A stretch of DNA of 64,000 bases from contig NW_021831041.1 in assembly GCF_006345805.1 (NCBI RefSeq), forward strand, positions 124,001 through 188,000, in the 5' to 3' direction. Origin of the DNA: Octopus sinensis. Lineage: Eukaryota. Positions 23,167 through 35,899 of this stretch are shown one piece after another (the stretch's first letter is position 1; each line of letters begins with the position of its first letter). The notes under the pieces were generated by a model. It was not told the origin of the DNA. It saw only the letters and a program-made list of their open reading frames with translations, and made no database searches. Both the position numbers and the translations under genes were made by a program.

Positions 23167-23380
23167 AAAACATTGAAAAAATAATTAAAATATTTAATAC
23201 ACACTGAAGGATTGAAAATTAAGCTTTTTGAAACTAGAAAAACTTTTTTATATCTACTAGATCTAGCTGAAACCATTCATTCAGAGAAGACCTTTTCGGG
23301 ACGGACCTCGAAAGTGGAACACTTCTGTTTTTGATGCATTTTCGGGATTTGGAACACTTCAAAAATTTTATTAGAAAATT

Positions 23381-26300
23381 TGTTGTTGTTGCATAACCCC
23401 GATCTCACATTAGATTATGAGACCAGCAGCTTGCAGAAACAACAGCGCCCTCCCAGGTTGCTCCCATAGGACCTCCGGGGAGTGAATGACAAATTTTTGC
23501 GGAGCGAAAGAAAACCACGATAGCGGAATAGATGGGCAGTTGTGTGTTCCTCAGCACACCAAATGGGACAAAAGGGGGAGATCGAGATGCCCATTTTATG
23601 TGTATAGTGGTTTAATGAGGAGTGATGGCCAAAACGGAAACGAACCAAGTTTGTGTGAGCCGAACGGTCGAGAAGCAATTCAGAAAAGTAAACGTCAGGA
23701 GGAGGTTTATCGAGCACAGAGTTAGGTGTCAGTTTAAGAATTGCTGACGTAGATATCGAATCGTAAATTCTCTTGATTGGATATGGACATTAGCAGGCCA
23801 TCAGTTTTAGCAAGGATCCGCGAATATAGATTCGGGTTACACTGAACGAGAATTAGCACATTTAGAACAGAACATGAATGATAGGGAATTCGAGATGCAA
23901 ATAAAAATTGCGCTCCTCTCATATTTAAATGATCTTCAATTGGCAAAAGGTTTGTTTCACAGTGAAGGTTATCAATTGGGTTGATTTCAGACACCCAGAT
24001 ATTGTGCGCATAGCCTTGTTTTGAAGTGCCATTGTCGAGCTTGTAGATAGGCAGGGCGCCAGCTTGGACTCGCATAACTTAATACGGGGCGTATGTATTT
24101 TTTGTAAACTCGTTTGAGGAGTGGCTTTTGGGGACCTGTAATGTGACCACTTATTGCTTTTAGTATGTTTTTGCGTCTGTTTGGCTTGTCAGAAATGCTA
24201 GAGACATGCTTGTTTAAGGACATAGTTGGATCCAAAGTAAGTCCAGGATAGTGGGGTTTTGTATAACAGAAGGTCAGAAACAAAAAGAGACAACTTGGGG
24301 TGAAGGTTTGATTGTCTTCGATCGGAAGAAAATAAGGTGACTGATGATTTCGAGGACAAAGTATCGAAGCAATGAATCAATTCTCAACGGAGTATAGTTG
24401 TTGAATAAGGCGGATATGTAGTCTGCGTGTTTAGAAGCAATAATAATGTCATCTACGTAAGATAATGTAAGTTGTTTGGGCCACTAGTCGGAAAGTCATG
24501 TAAATAAGTTGAACAGGGACGGAGACAACACAGAACCCTGCGGTACCCCATTTGGAAGATAGCGTTGTTTTGAACAGTGGTCCATAAAGGAGACGTATCC
24601 CATTCGACCTGATAAGAAATTTGCAAGCCAGGATTTCAAGTTTGAGTTTATGTCTGTCTTTAAAATTTTGTTGATGAGTCCACACCGAGGGACGCTGTCA
24701 AACGCCTTTTAGATATCGATTGAAACTAGTACTGTTCGTTTGGGAATCTTTTCTCATTTAAGCCATCCAGAACAAATTTCGAAAGTGTTGTTAAGTGAGT
24801 AGTTGTTGAGTGCAGTTGCTTAAAACCATGTTGAGTATGGGAAGTTGGCAAATGTTTAGATATTCGGAAAAGGATTAGTCTTTCAAGGATTTTAGCTAGC
24901 GTACACAGAAGAGAGATTGGGCGGTAGGAACTTGGAATGCCAGCCGGTTTGTTTGGTTTGATCGATGGAATGATACATGATTTCTTCCGGAGGGATGGTA
25001 TTTCGTTTTTCGTAACAAAATTGTTGAAAATAAAGACTATTGCTTTGATACCATTAGGGCCTAGTCTTTTCAGATGATGGATTGAAATGTTGTCAGAGCC
25101 AGTTGCATGGGAGTTTTCGGAGTTTTTAATGCATTGCGAGACTTCGTAAAGTCGGTATAGAATCTTCTGAGAGATTTGGCTACTTTCCGGTCGTTTTGTT
25201 AGATGTTTTGTGACTTAATAAAGTGTAATATTTCATTCGGCCTGCTGAACTGGATTGAGTGGCGTATCTGAACGGGGACGAGAAACAACAGACTCATGCG
25301 ATTTTTGGCTTTTTGAATATCAGTTCATTCATCCCTTTAAAGGTTGACCAAAGTTTGGAAGAATTGACTCTGTAATCAATAGAAGCAATAAATTGACTCC
25401 ACTTTGAGTCAATATGCCGATTTATGGAAGCAGCGATTTGTTTAGATTCCTCAGTTCTATAAAGGACACAGCAGATTGTCCATTTTCCCGTTTCAGTTTG
25501 TTACGGGTTTTTCTTTATAAGGGTGTTTACTTCGTGGCTGTAACTTTGTGAGAAATTTTTTTTTATAATTCCTTGAGAAATGAATTTTTTGAAGGTGGAA
25601 ATAATAAGTGCTTTTAGATAATTGACAGTCAAACGAAAGTTGATAATTTCGAAATCATTCAGTGATTTTTCTAGAGCGAGACGGTAGTCGTCCCAGTAAT
25701 TCGTATAACAACGGCGTTGAATGTCGATATTGGATTTTAGGGAATTCTCAATAATAATGGGCATTCTAATTTAGGCTGTAAATGACTTTCCGAGAAGTAA
25801 CTTTTTTGACGGTGTACTGGTGTGAGATGAGGGATTGTTGAGGATAACTAGACCATCAAATTGGTCGAATAGTAGAGATCCTCTTGAGTTGAGAGATTAA
25901 TTTTTTAGCCATATCGGGCTTTTTGCGTTCATATCACCACAAATAATAACATTTTTGAGGGACTGGAGGTTTTGAATAGAAGAGGTCCATCCATGAGGAC
26001 ATGACGAGTGAGGTGTGTACATATTGATGAGTCCTGGTTGATGATCCTGTAGAGACAGTTATAGCTGTCATTTCAATCACTGGATCGTTGTCAATTAGCA
26101 AGTAACTCTGGGAGGTACAGTTAGTGAACGGGATGGATTTTCTGATAAGAGTTATTAGACCATCCCCATTTACAGAGCCCGGTCTGTCCCGCCGGACGTA
26201 TGAATAACCAGGGAAATCTGGGAAGCGATTTTTGGTCGAGAGCTTCGTTTCTTGCACCAAAGCAATGTCCACGTCGTGATTCTCCAGGAAGGAACGAAGT

Positions 26301-26520
26301 TCAGCAGTCTTATGAGCAATCCCATTGATGTTGATCTGCAAGATATGGAGTAGGTTCTTCTTGGTAGGGAGAGGATTTGGTTTATGTTTCCGGAAAGGAA
26401 AAGGGCAAGTTTGATAAGCAACGGGGAATCGATCCGATCTGACAGGGAAGTAGTTATGGGTCTTTTTGTAGTATAGAACTATCATTTTCGATCGCGAGAA
26501 GGTGACCCACATCGACAAAC
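23381..26520 (-). mobile_element. I-group (I/Nimb/Jockey-like) LINE ORF2, degenerate, (CAA)n tail
   Basis: QININGI, VQETKL (APE domain), YRPISLL, IDI*KAFDS, GVPQG remnants and a C-terminal RFRFGH...CP...HT..HLF knuckle. Tail GGGGTTATGCAACAACAAC. Confidence 0.88.
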
Positions 26521-27500
26521 ATCAGTATGGAAGCTATTTAATTTTCCGTGGAATACCGGGAATGTCCCTGAAACAGGGAAAAGGATAATTCTTAACATGA
26601 TCCAGAAGAAGGGCGAGCCGATTTCGGATCCTGGAAATTACAGGCCAATTAGCCTCATATGCTCATTCTCAAAAATCATCGAAAAAATTATTTTTAATAG
26701 ACTATCAACTTATATTGAAGATAAACACAATCTTTTGTAACAGCAATGGGAATTTCGGCGTAAAAAGTGCACTGGAAATTGCTTTTCACTACTAAAGGAG
26801 GCTATTTATACTGCACAAAGGAAAAAAGAATATCTTATTGCCGCATGTCTAGATTATATTAAAAGCATTTGATAACGTCTGACATTCCGGGTTATTGAAA
26901 ACTTTGCACAATTTCAATATCGGAAAGACGGTCTTAGTTTGGATGAAGAGTTTCCTTTCGGGAAGAAAATTGTTCATAAGTGTCGGATACCAATTGTCAA
27001 AGAAAATTTCGCTTATGAGAGGAGTTCCACGGGGATCTGTCATCAGTCCACTTTTATTCAATTGTGTGATGTATGACATTCCTAAAGTGGATTATCCTAA
27101 AATGGAGATAATCATTTATTTTACTTATGGATCTCTCTATGAGCAAATCATGGAAAAGAACTCTTCGCCATATTGAAAAGATTTGGAAGATTGTATGAAG
27201 ATCTTTTGAAAAAAGTAAGATTGGTAAGAACAGAAGGAAATCTGATCTTTGTATTGACACTGGAATAATAAAATCCGAGAGAAATCTAAAATATTTCGGA
27301 ATAGTTGTGAATGCATTTGGATCTTTTGAGAATCATATAATCAGCAGCAAGAAAAAAAGCTACCATAATGCTGAAAGCTATCAAACGATTTCAATCGAAA
27401 GCAGAGAGCTTTATGTACGTGCATATAACCATTCCTGATCTATGGATTTCAGGGATTGCACAAACACATTAAACTTTTGGAGGAAAGACGGAGATTTGCA
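26520..27500 (+). mobile_element. Jockey-like LINE RT fragment related to 41415-45387
   Basis: NYRPISLICSFSKIIEKIIFNRL and RGVPRGSVISPLLFN. Confidence 0.8.
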
Positions 27501-27599
27501 ATTAAATTGGCGTATAATTTGGATTTAAATCCAAATTAACCACAAGTTTAGGGATCTGTGTGACTTATTGATAAATTATTGCATCACATAAGCAAATAA

Positions 27600-27990
27600 T
27601 GATGCATGGGGCAATTTTCCTTTTTTTGAAGGGACATATGGTGCCTCTCGTTCAGTCTGCCCCAATCAGTAAAACAAACTCGGTTTTTTCTTTTTGGCTT
27701 CACTTTGGTCTTTTCCTTTTCTTCTCTAATTGATTAATAACGAGTTTGTTATTTAGAAAATGAACTTTTCTGTTTGTTCATTTTTTCCTTTTACTTTCAC
27801 CTTTTATGTGCTTAAACTACGATAAAAAATTGAAATTGCTAAAGTTATTTCAAAAAAGGAGCATTCAATTCGAAAAATCGCTAGAATGTTTCACACAAGT
27901 ATTCGAACAATCTCTAGAATCAAAAGAAACATTGTTCCATTCACAAAAACGGGCAAATTTATTTAAATGCAGAGACTTCAGAGTCAGTAA
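27600..27990 (+). mobile_element. pogo/Tigger 5' remnant (HTH_psq-like)
   Basis: Frameshifted KIAKVIS...SIRKIARMFHTSIRTISRIK, with TGGGGCAATTTT motifs like those of the element at 40833. Confidence 0.45.
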
Positions 27991-28249
27991 ATAATTTAAA
28001 GCATAAACTTTTGGATTTAAAAGTGTTGGATGTATTTCAACCAGGATAGTGATTTTTATAACAAATCAAACAATCTGATTTTTACGAATAAAAACAATAA
28101 AAATCCTATTTATTTAAAAACTTGTAAATAAAGACAAGTTTGGATGCTTTTTCAATTCCAAGCCTATTTCGTACATTCGAATGTAGGAATCCAAAATTCG
28201 AAAAAATTCGTTCTAATCCACCTGTTGAAGCGGCTGCTCCAAGAATTTT

Positions 28250-29400
28250 TTGAAGAGTGAAGTTGTTTTAAAAGGTAACTAATAAGAAATCGACTCCACC
28301 AAGCTATAGGTGATACTTTACTCAATAAGTTTGGAGCAAACATGTATTGCTTAAATGGTTCAGCTCTTTCTCTGAAATTAATCAGAGTCGGAAATGCATA
28401 TTCTTAATGTTCAGTACAATACTCCAAAGCGAGGTCAATCTCTACAGTTGAAATAGCCGTACATTCATAGTCCATATAAGTCTGTTCAAGTTCCTTCCAA
28501 ATTTCTACAGCATGACTAATCTTCGTAAAATAATTTTGCATTTTGTCTAAAGCGACAGCAATTGGATTAATTGGCTGCAAATATTCTTCAACACGACGTT
28601 CTAGGCAAATGTTTTGGACTTTGGAACCAATATTTCTGTCAATATCGGATCCGTATTCTTCATAAATTCTCAAAATTATAAACCAATTATCAGATAAGAT
28701 TCAAAACAATCTGATAAAGTGTTCCAACGAACATCAATCGGAAGAACAAGTTTTTTTCTCCAGCAGATTTGTACCATGCAGCTGGGAGATGGAAATTTCG
28801 AAAGTATTTATTTATTTTTACAATGGATTCTTTAACGTCAGCTACTTCTACATATTTTGCGAGAAAGTTGAGATAATGTGCCTAGCAACCATGTGTAATA
28901 ATTTCACTGTCATCTTGCATTATTTAGGCATGTTGGCAGCATTGTCCGTCACAAGACCCACGATTTTAAATCCAAACCGTTGCTCGGCACTTTGCAGAAT
29001 CTAATGCAACAGATTGAAGATACTGTGCAATGTTTCTGTCTCCAGAGGTGTCCACAATGTCAATTAGATAGCTTTCTTCATCCGATCTTACAACCGAAAC
29101 ACAAATAACAGGTTTATTATGAATTTTACTCCACTCATCCAGCATCATAGACACTGTTTTGTCGAGTCTTTGTCGACAGTTCTCATGTTGTTGGTCGTAC
29201 ACTCGAATGGACCATCGATTTGATGACGAAAAAGTAAACGACAGCCAGGAAGAAGCACTTGGACAAAATAAACAAATTCGAGATGTTATACTGCAGCAAA
29301 AGGAGTGTTAGTGGAATATACGTATCTATCGAGTTGTATATCTATCAAATTTTTTTTCTGATAACGTCATCGTAGTAACGAAATTGATTAATGATTGGTC
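28250..29400 (-). mobile_element. degenerate hAT transposase (DUF659/ZBED1-like)
   Basis: RYVYSTNTPF, MLDEWSKIHNKPVI, LIDIVDTSG..IAQYL, TDNAANM-like remnant and LQPINPIAVALDKMQ. Confidence 0.7.
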
Positions 29401-29579
29401 CCTCATCCTCAGGGGCAATTCGCTGATTAAACCACTTTAAAGATTCGACGAATTTTCAGGGATATCAAAATTAGTGATTAAATCATTGATTAAAATCAAT
29501 GGTCATTTTTTTGAGAGTTTGATTCACTTCAACTTAAATATCGATAGCTTGTTTATATCTACAAGAGTGTGATCGAACG

Positions 29580-29830
29580 AGGACTTTTATATAGGTGTAA
29601 AAGTTAGATGTTCTCCGACAAGAAGCAACGGATTATTGACATTTTTGTGAAAACAAGAACATATGGTTTTAAGCTAGCCTTCAAGCGTAGAGTGGATACT
29701 CGGAAGCAAACTCGACCGAAACGATCTGCGCTTTTATTGATTAGAGAATAAAGACTTTTATCAATGATAGATAATTCGGGGTTTTTGGAAACGGTCAGCA
29801 ATGTAAAGAAGCTATGTTAAGTCGCACAAC
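29580..29830 (-). mobile_element. RTE 3' remnant
   Basis: Degenerate RLY...KPYVL segment. Confidence 0.45.
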
Positions 29831-30776
29831 AAGACAGTTTAATTAATGAAATAACTTGTTTTCATGCTCTCGGTTTCGCGTTAAAAAACATTCATTCATT
29901 TAATTAAGTACATGAATAAAAAACTAATTTAAATCAATATAAGGCACAGTTGAAATTTATAATTGGTACGTAAAAATAATATTTGTGATAATCAAAGTAT
30001 TTTATTTTTACGTTTACATGATCAAAAAATGTAAACCAGTTGCACATGCGTAACGCCTTGCTCAAGTCATACAATATCTGTGTTAAATTAAACTATAGAT
30101 TTGGAAAATTTCGTTCTTTAATATTTATTTTGTGTGACTCGTCTCCCCTATGAAAATCACAGAAAATTTTAGGGAAGCCACATAAAATTAGTTTTTGTTT
30201 ATTCTTTCTAAATCCTCGTTTAATGCGATAGGTAGGGTGGCTCTGGGCCTGCCACAAATGTTTCTTCGAGTCGGACAAAATAGCTTTCAATCACGATTCT
30301 CAACGGAATGAGACTGCCCAGTCTCAGTTTTTGGCCGAAAAATCTTCCAATTTACTCGATCAGATGGATATCGATATCTGGGGGTTTTCGAATAGCAACG
30401 TTTTAAAAATATATTTATGGAGAAAATCTATTAAAGAGCGTCGAAGTGGATTAAAAACTTGATCAAAACTGAATAAAACTCAGTAAACTTGTTAAGGCCA
30501 CAAAGAAACACACTCTTTTTATAACTATTACATTGGACTGATTGATATTGAGCCCAGAAAGTTTAAGCAATTGGTAGAAATATCCGATCAATTTTTATAA
30601 ACAGTCATATCCAGTTGAAACCGGCAAACAAAGATTTCATTTTCCTAGAAAGGAAGTCAGAGAGGCCTGGAGTCAGTTAGTAATAAAGCGGAGAAAATGT
30701 TCCTTAAGTTTTATAGTGATTTAAAACATAAGGCAAAATACTGTCTCAGAAGATCGGGGATTTTGTGGGTCATTAA

Positions 30777-32550
30777 TAGGGCAATTTTTTTTTAACCTAA
30801 AAACTTCGATTTTTTAACCTAAAAATTTTAACTTTTTAACCTAAAAATAACCAAATTTTAACCTATAAAACAAAAATTTTAACCTAACAAATTTTAACTT
30901 AAGAATCATTTATTATACAAAACATAATTCTCTATATTTTCAATATTAAAATTTCTGTTATCCCTCATAAAGTTTTTAATTTGAGAGAAGCATCGTTCTA
31001 TGGAAGAGGATGAAGGCTGACACTTTAAAAGCATACAATATTCTTCAGGAGAAATTGATGAATTTGTCATTCTTATAATTTGACATAAATCATTTTTTTG
31101 TAATCGTTCATTCAAATATTTTTCAATTATATCTGATTCGTCGTCAAATTTTAAATTCTTTAGCTCATTGTAAGCTAACTCTATTGAGGAGTGAGAACTT
31201 TCAAATTTGCACAATAATTCTGCTATTATTAAACTAGTTTTACCTGGAATTGTCGAATAATTTCTAACAATAGAACTTAAGCTTTTTACTAGAGATTCAT
31301 CTCTTAGGCTATTTTTTGCAGCCTGAACAATGATTCCATCATCAGGAATTGTTTTGAAAATGTTTATCACATGTATTAAATTTTTTGCATAATAAAATGC
31401 AGCAGTTAGCCAAGTACCCCATCTAGTTAAAACTACATGAGGTGGAATTCCAATTTCATTAAATAGTCGTTTTCTCTTGTTATTTTTTGTTATTGCCGCT
31501 TGAATTGATGCAATAAGAGAATCAATTTCAGGATAAATAGTCCTGATTTTCATTGAACAATTATGCATCAGATGAGCAACACAAGTTACGTGAAATAACC
31601 TTGGATATAAAAGCTTAAGAACTTTTCCAGCTATAATTATATGTTAAATTAAAACCTGCTAGCATATATTTAGCGGAATCTGTTATTAGGAGAAGGAAAT
31701 TTTGTCTTTCAATTAAAACGCATTTAATCGTATCGTCAACAATTTGAATAATTGTTTCTTTGGTAGAAGTTTTATCAATTTTTACGAAAGAAATCAAATA
31801 AGTTTTATCGGGATTTTTAAGTATCTCCATTAAAACTGCAACAAATTTTTGACTACGAATAGTGACCTCGTCACTTATGGCGAATACAAGTTGATTTCTA
31901 AAAAATTATATATTCATAAACCTAAACTTTTCTTGAAATAATACAATATATTCAGTTTTCAATTGTTTAACGCACATTCTTGCTTTGTATTGGGAAGGAA
32001 GAGGCAAAGAAGTATTCTTGAATAAATTCTTTAGAGGAGGCATAGTCAATTTATGCAAGGGTATATCGCATTGAATAAATGCTTTAGTGACTTGCATTGA
32101 CCAGTCATCATTGGGTAACTCGTCCAAACAAGGCTGATAGAAATTATTCTCTAAAAATTATATTAATTTGTAAAAACTTAATAAATTTGAGTGCTTCTTC
32201 AATTCTCGGTGAGAATTCACAAAATGCTTTTTCTCACACCTGACTGTGCATAAGCAAAGTTGACATTGCAACTCGCCATTCTCTCGTAATAAAAACTCCA
32301 GCGGATATTCAATAACAATTTTTTTTGCCTTAAAATACATTGTTTTTGCAGTTCTTGGCATACTAAACACCCACGCGCTATTTTAAATAAAGTTAAAATT
32401 TTTAACTTTATAAAAAATTTTTTTTTAACTTTTTAACTTTATTTTTTTCTTTAATAAGTAACTATTTCATTTAAAAAATACTTTATTTTTACTTTTAAGC
32501 CAAAATACACATTTTCATATATTTTAACTTTTTTAACTTAAATTGCCCTA
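30777..32550 (-). mobile_element. hAT element of the CGGBP1-related type, 11-bp TIR TAGGGCAATTT, perfect 8-bp TSD GTCATTAA
   Basis: GTCATTAA|TAGGGCAATTT ... AAATTGCCCTA|GTCATTAA. Frameshifted transposase with CQLC..H...H finger, IPLHKL, ITDSAKYM, TRWGTWL and SSSSIERCFS. Confidence 0.93.
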
Positions 32551-32699
32551 GTCATTAATTAAAAGAAAACAGGTATGGCCACTATTGCAGAATTCTTATC
32601 TCGCAAATACAATGAACATGTAAATGAATTGACAATATGAATACTTCTGAAAAAATTAAAAAAAGCCCTTGCATTCTATTTTGTTTCAATTGCTAAAAA

Positions 32700-33300
32700 A
32701 TACTAAAGTTGACGTTAATGGCGCTTGCGGATGGCTAATCTACTGAACAAATGCTTGCATTTGAATCTATGCCGCCAATATGAAATTAAAAAGTCAAAAA
32801 AATTAAAAACCCATTCAGTCCAATTTGTTACCAGCAATGAATTTGTGGAAATTCAAGTTGACACAAACTTTCCGACTGATAATGTTATCCCAAATAACAA
32901 GCCTGAAATATTTGTTCACGACAAATCGAGCAACACAATTACACTTATTGAGGTAGGGATCACTTCACAAAATTGTCTCAAGAATGTCGAAATGAAAAAG
33001 TTCCACAAATACGACTTGCTGGCAAATCAAATAGGGCCGATCCACCGGGCGAAGGTGAAGATCGTCCTTGTCGTTATAACCTGGAACGGAATAGTGTCAA
33101 AATTTTTCAAAAACCATCTGGCGGTGCTTGGCGTGGAGGACAGGGTGAAGGCATACATCCAGACACTAATGCTGCGGAAGACTTTAGAGGGCATGCAAGC
33201 CGAGACAAAGCACGGGTTATCGATACCTGTTGAAGAGGTAGCCCTGAATCTTGATTTCGTTTTGACATGGATCTTCTCATCCATTCTCTGAACATGAGGC
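32700..33300 (+). mobile_element. R4/Dong-like non-LTR retrotransposon 3' end (REL endonuclease)
   Basis: NKPEIFVHDK..ITLIEVGITS..VEMKKFHKYDLLA..VITWNG..AYIQ. Confidence 0.8.
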
Positions 33301-34049
33301 CTAAGAAATACAAACTTTTCATTACAGATAGACAAAACTACATTAACAAATAACGGTTCTCTCCTTATAGCATACTAGCTCGGCAGCTCGCTTCGCTCAC
33401 CGCGACCTAGCTCCTGCGGAGGGCCTGTTTCATCAAACAACTATAAGTTTATGTAGATGTATAAAACTACTGCTGGTTTAATGTAACCCTATTCTATCGC
33501 CTGTTGATAAACGATGTTTGTCGTCCGTCCTTCCTTGGCATATATGAATAAATTTTCTCTTCTGCCTACCCTCGAGCATCCCACATACAGCTGTCCATGT
33601 GAAAAGCACTCACTCTCTAAAAATAACCCAACTACCTTTAATGACTGTCCCTGGGCCTTGTTTATTGTCATTGCACACTTTTTTTTTCATTTTTTGTAGT
33701 TTATTTTTTTTATATTTAATTTTTTCATTTTTCCTTTGTAATTTCCTTTTTTCTTTTTTTGTTTTTTACTGGCGGAAATGGGGCAGGGGGAGATGCGGGG
33801 CAGGCGGAAATGCGGCAGGCAAGAAAGCGACACACAAAAAAGCGACACACAAAAAAGATTTAATTAATTACCTTATTAAGCTGACCGTTTTTCTTCAGCT
33901 TCGTTTTTCCTCCTTCGGTTATCTATTTAAAAAATTATTTTTGAATAATAAAAAAGTTTAGGAAAGAGGCATACCGAAAATAAATTCTATCTTTACGAAA
34001 AACTCAAGTAAATAGTTAATATTTTTACGCAAATTCTTCTGATTGCGCT

Positions 34050-34255
34050 GTCAATTGGTGGTAAATTGTGTTAATGGTTGTGCTAATGTGGTTTCAACTA
34101 TCAAAGTGTTGTTCAAAATCTGTTAATTGCACACTCTATTCAAGGTCGTGCGTCAATTGGTGGTAAATTGTGTTAATGATTGTGCTAATGTGGTTTCAAC
34201 TATCAAAGTGGTTTTTCAAAAATCTGTTAATTGCACACTCTATTCAAAGTCGTGC
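34050..34255. repeat. two-copy tandem duplication, period about 102 bp
   Basis: GTCAATTGGTGGTAAATTGTG starts at 34050 and again at 34152. Confidence 0.9.
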
Positions 34256-34459
34256 AATCTGTGATTGCACATTCTGTCAAAGTCAAATATGATAATAGCT
34301 TTAATTTTGATTCATGGTCGATAATGATATATGCATTTAATTTTAAAGAGAAAAACATAGGATGAATGAATTTCTTTATCGCGAATAATTGGGAGTTCAT
34401 CATTGTTAATATTCTCGCTGTCGTTTTCATCAAGGATATTCTTAATACGTGAGATTTTT

Positions 34460-35805
34460 GCCTTGAAGGTTTTAATGGACCTCATCATGATGTCGAGGAC
34501 ATTCGCGTTGTTCATTTTAATCAAAATGCAGAAAATTTTTTTTAATTTTTTGGGGGGGAAGGTTTTAAGGACTTCATCATGTAAGTCGAGGACATTGTAG
34601 TGTTGTTCATTTTAACCAAATGCAGAAAATTTTTTTAATTTTTTGGGGGGGAAGGTTTTAAGGACTTCATCATGAATGTCGAGGACATTCGCGTTGTTCA
34701 TTTTAATCAAAATGCAGAAAATAATTTTTGATTTTTGGGGGAAGGTTTTAAGGACTTCATCATGTAAGTCGAGAACATTGTAGTTGTTCATTTTAACCAA
34801 AATGCAGAAAATTTTTTTTTAATTTTTTTGGGGGGGAAGGTTTTAAGGACTTCATCATGTAAGTCGAGGACATTGTAGTTGTTCATTTTAACCAAAATGC
34901 AGAAAATTTTTTTTAATTTTTTTGGGGGGGAAGGTTTTAAGGACTTCATCATGTAAGTCGAGGACATTGTAGTTGTTCATTTTAACCAAAATGCAGAAAA
35001 TTTTTTTAATTTTTTTGGGGGGGAAGGTTTTAAGGACTTCATCATGTAAGTCGAGGACATTGTAGTTGTTCATTTTAACCAAAATGCAGAAAATTTTTTT
35101 TTAATTTTTTTGGGGGGGAAGGTTTTAAGGACTTCATCATGTAAGTCGAGGACATTGTAGTTGTTCATTTTAACCAAAATGCAGAAAATTTTTTTTAAAT
35201 TTTTTTGGGGGGGAAGGTTTTAAGGACTTCATCATGTAAGTCGAGGACATTGTAGTTGTTCATTTTAACCAAAATGCAGAAAATTTTTTTAATTTTTTGG
35301 GGGGGAAGGTTTTAAGGACTTCATCATGTAAGTCGAGGACATTGTAGTTGTTCATTTTAACCAAAATGCAGAAATTTTTTTTAATTTTTTTGGGGGGGAA
35401 GGTTTTAAGGACTTCATCATGTAAGTCGAGGACATTGTAGTGTTCATTTTAACCAAAATGCAGAAAATTTTTTTTAATTTTTTGGGGGAAGGTTTTAAGG
35501 ACTTCATCATGTAAGTCGAGGACATTGTAGTTGTTCATTTTAACCAAAATGCAGAAATTTTTTTTAATTTTTTGGGGGGGAAGGTTTTAAGGACTTCATC
35601 ATGTAAGTCGAGGACATTGTAGTTGTTCATTTTAACCAAAATGCAGAAAATTTTTTTTTAATTTTTTGGGGGGGAAGGTTTTAAGGACTTCATCATGTAA
35701 GTCGAGGACATTGTAGTTGTTCATTTTAACCAAAATGCAGAAATTTTTTTTAATTTGGTTGGGGGGAAGGTTTTAAGGACCTCATCATGTAAGTCGAGGA
35801 CATCG
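34460..35805. repeat. tandem array, about 14.5 units of about 91-95 bp
   Basis: AGGTTTTAAGGACTTCATCATGTAAGTCGAGGACATTGTAGTTGTTCATTTTAACCAAAATGCAGAAA(T)n AA(T)n(G)n is repeated. Core units differ mainly in homopolymer length. Confidence 0.97.
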
Positions 35806-35829
35806 TATTGCCAATTTGAAGTTGGTGTG

Positions 35830-35886
35830 CACACACAGACAGACAGACAGACACACAGACAGACAGACAGACAGACAGACACACAC
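35830..35886. repeat. (ACAG)n/(AC)n compound microsatellite
   Basis: Seen directly in the sequence. Confidence 0.97.
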
Positions 35887-35899
35887 CATACCACTGATA

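Larger units (their letters stand above)
33375..35897 (-). mobile_element. internally deleted Helitron: helicase C-terminus, 3' hairpin plus CTAG, 5' (TCTG)n and 93-bp tandem array
   Basis: AMTINKAQGQS...FSHGQLYVGCSRV...TNIVY at 33489-33676. GC hairpin then CTAG|T at 33375. Candidate A|TC start at 35897, where RTE homology ends. The 5' boundary is inferred. Confidence 0.75.

Noticed and set aside
30790-30900. TTTTAACCT repeats as interstitial telomere
   Set aside because: They do not match TTAGGG-type units and lie just inside hAT termini at both ends, so they are subterminal repeats.
34460-35805. Regular repeat array resembling CRISPR
   Set aside because: Units are contiguous and near-identical with no unique spacers, there are no cas genes, and the context is eukaryotic.
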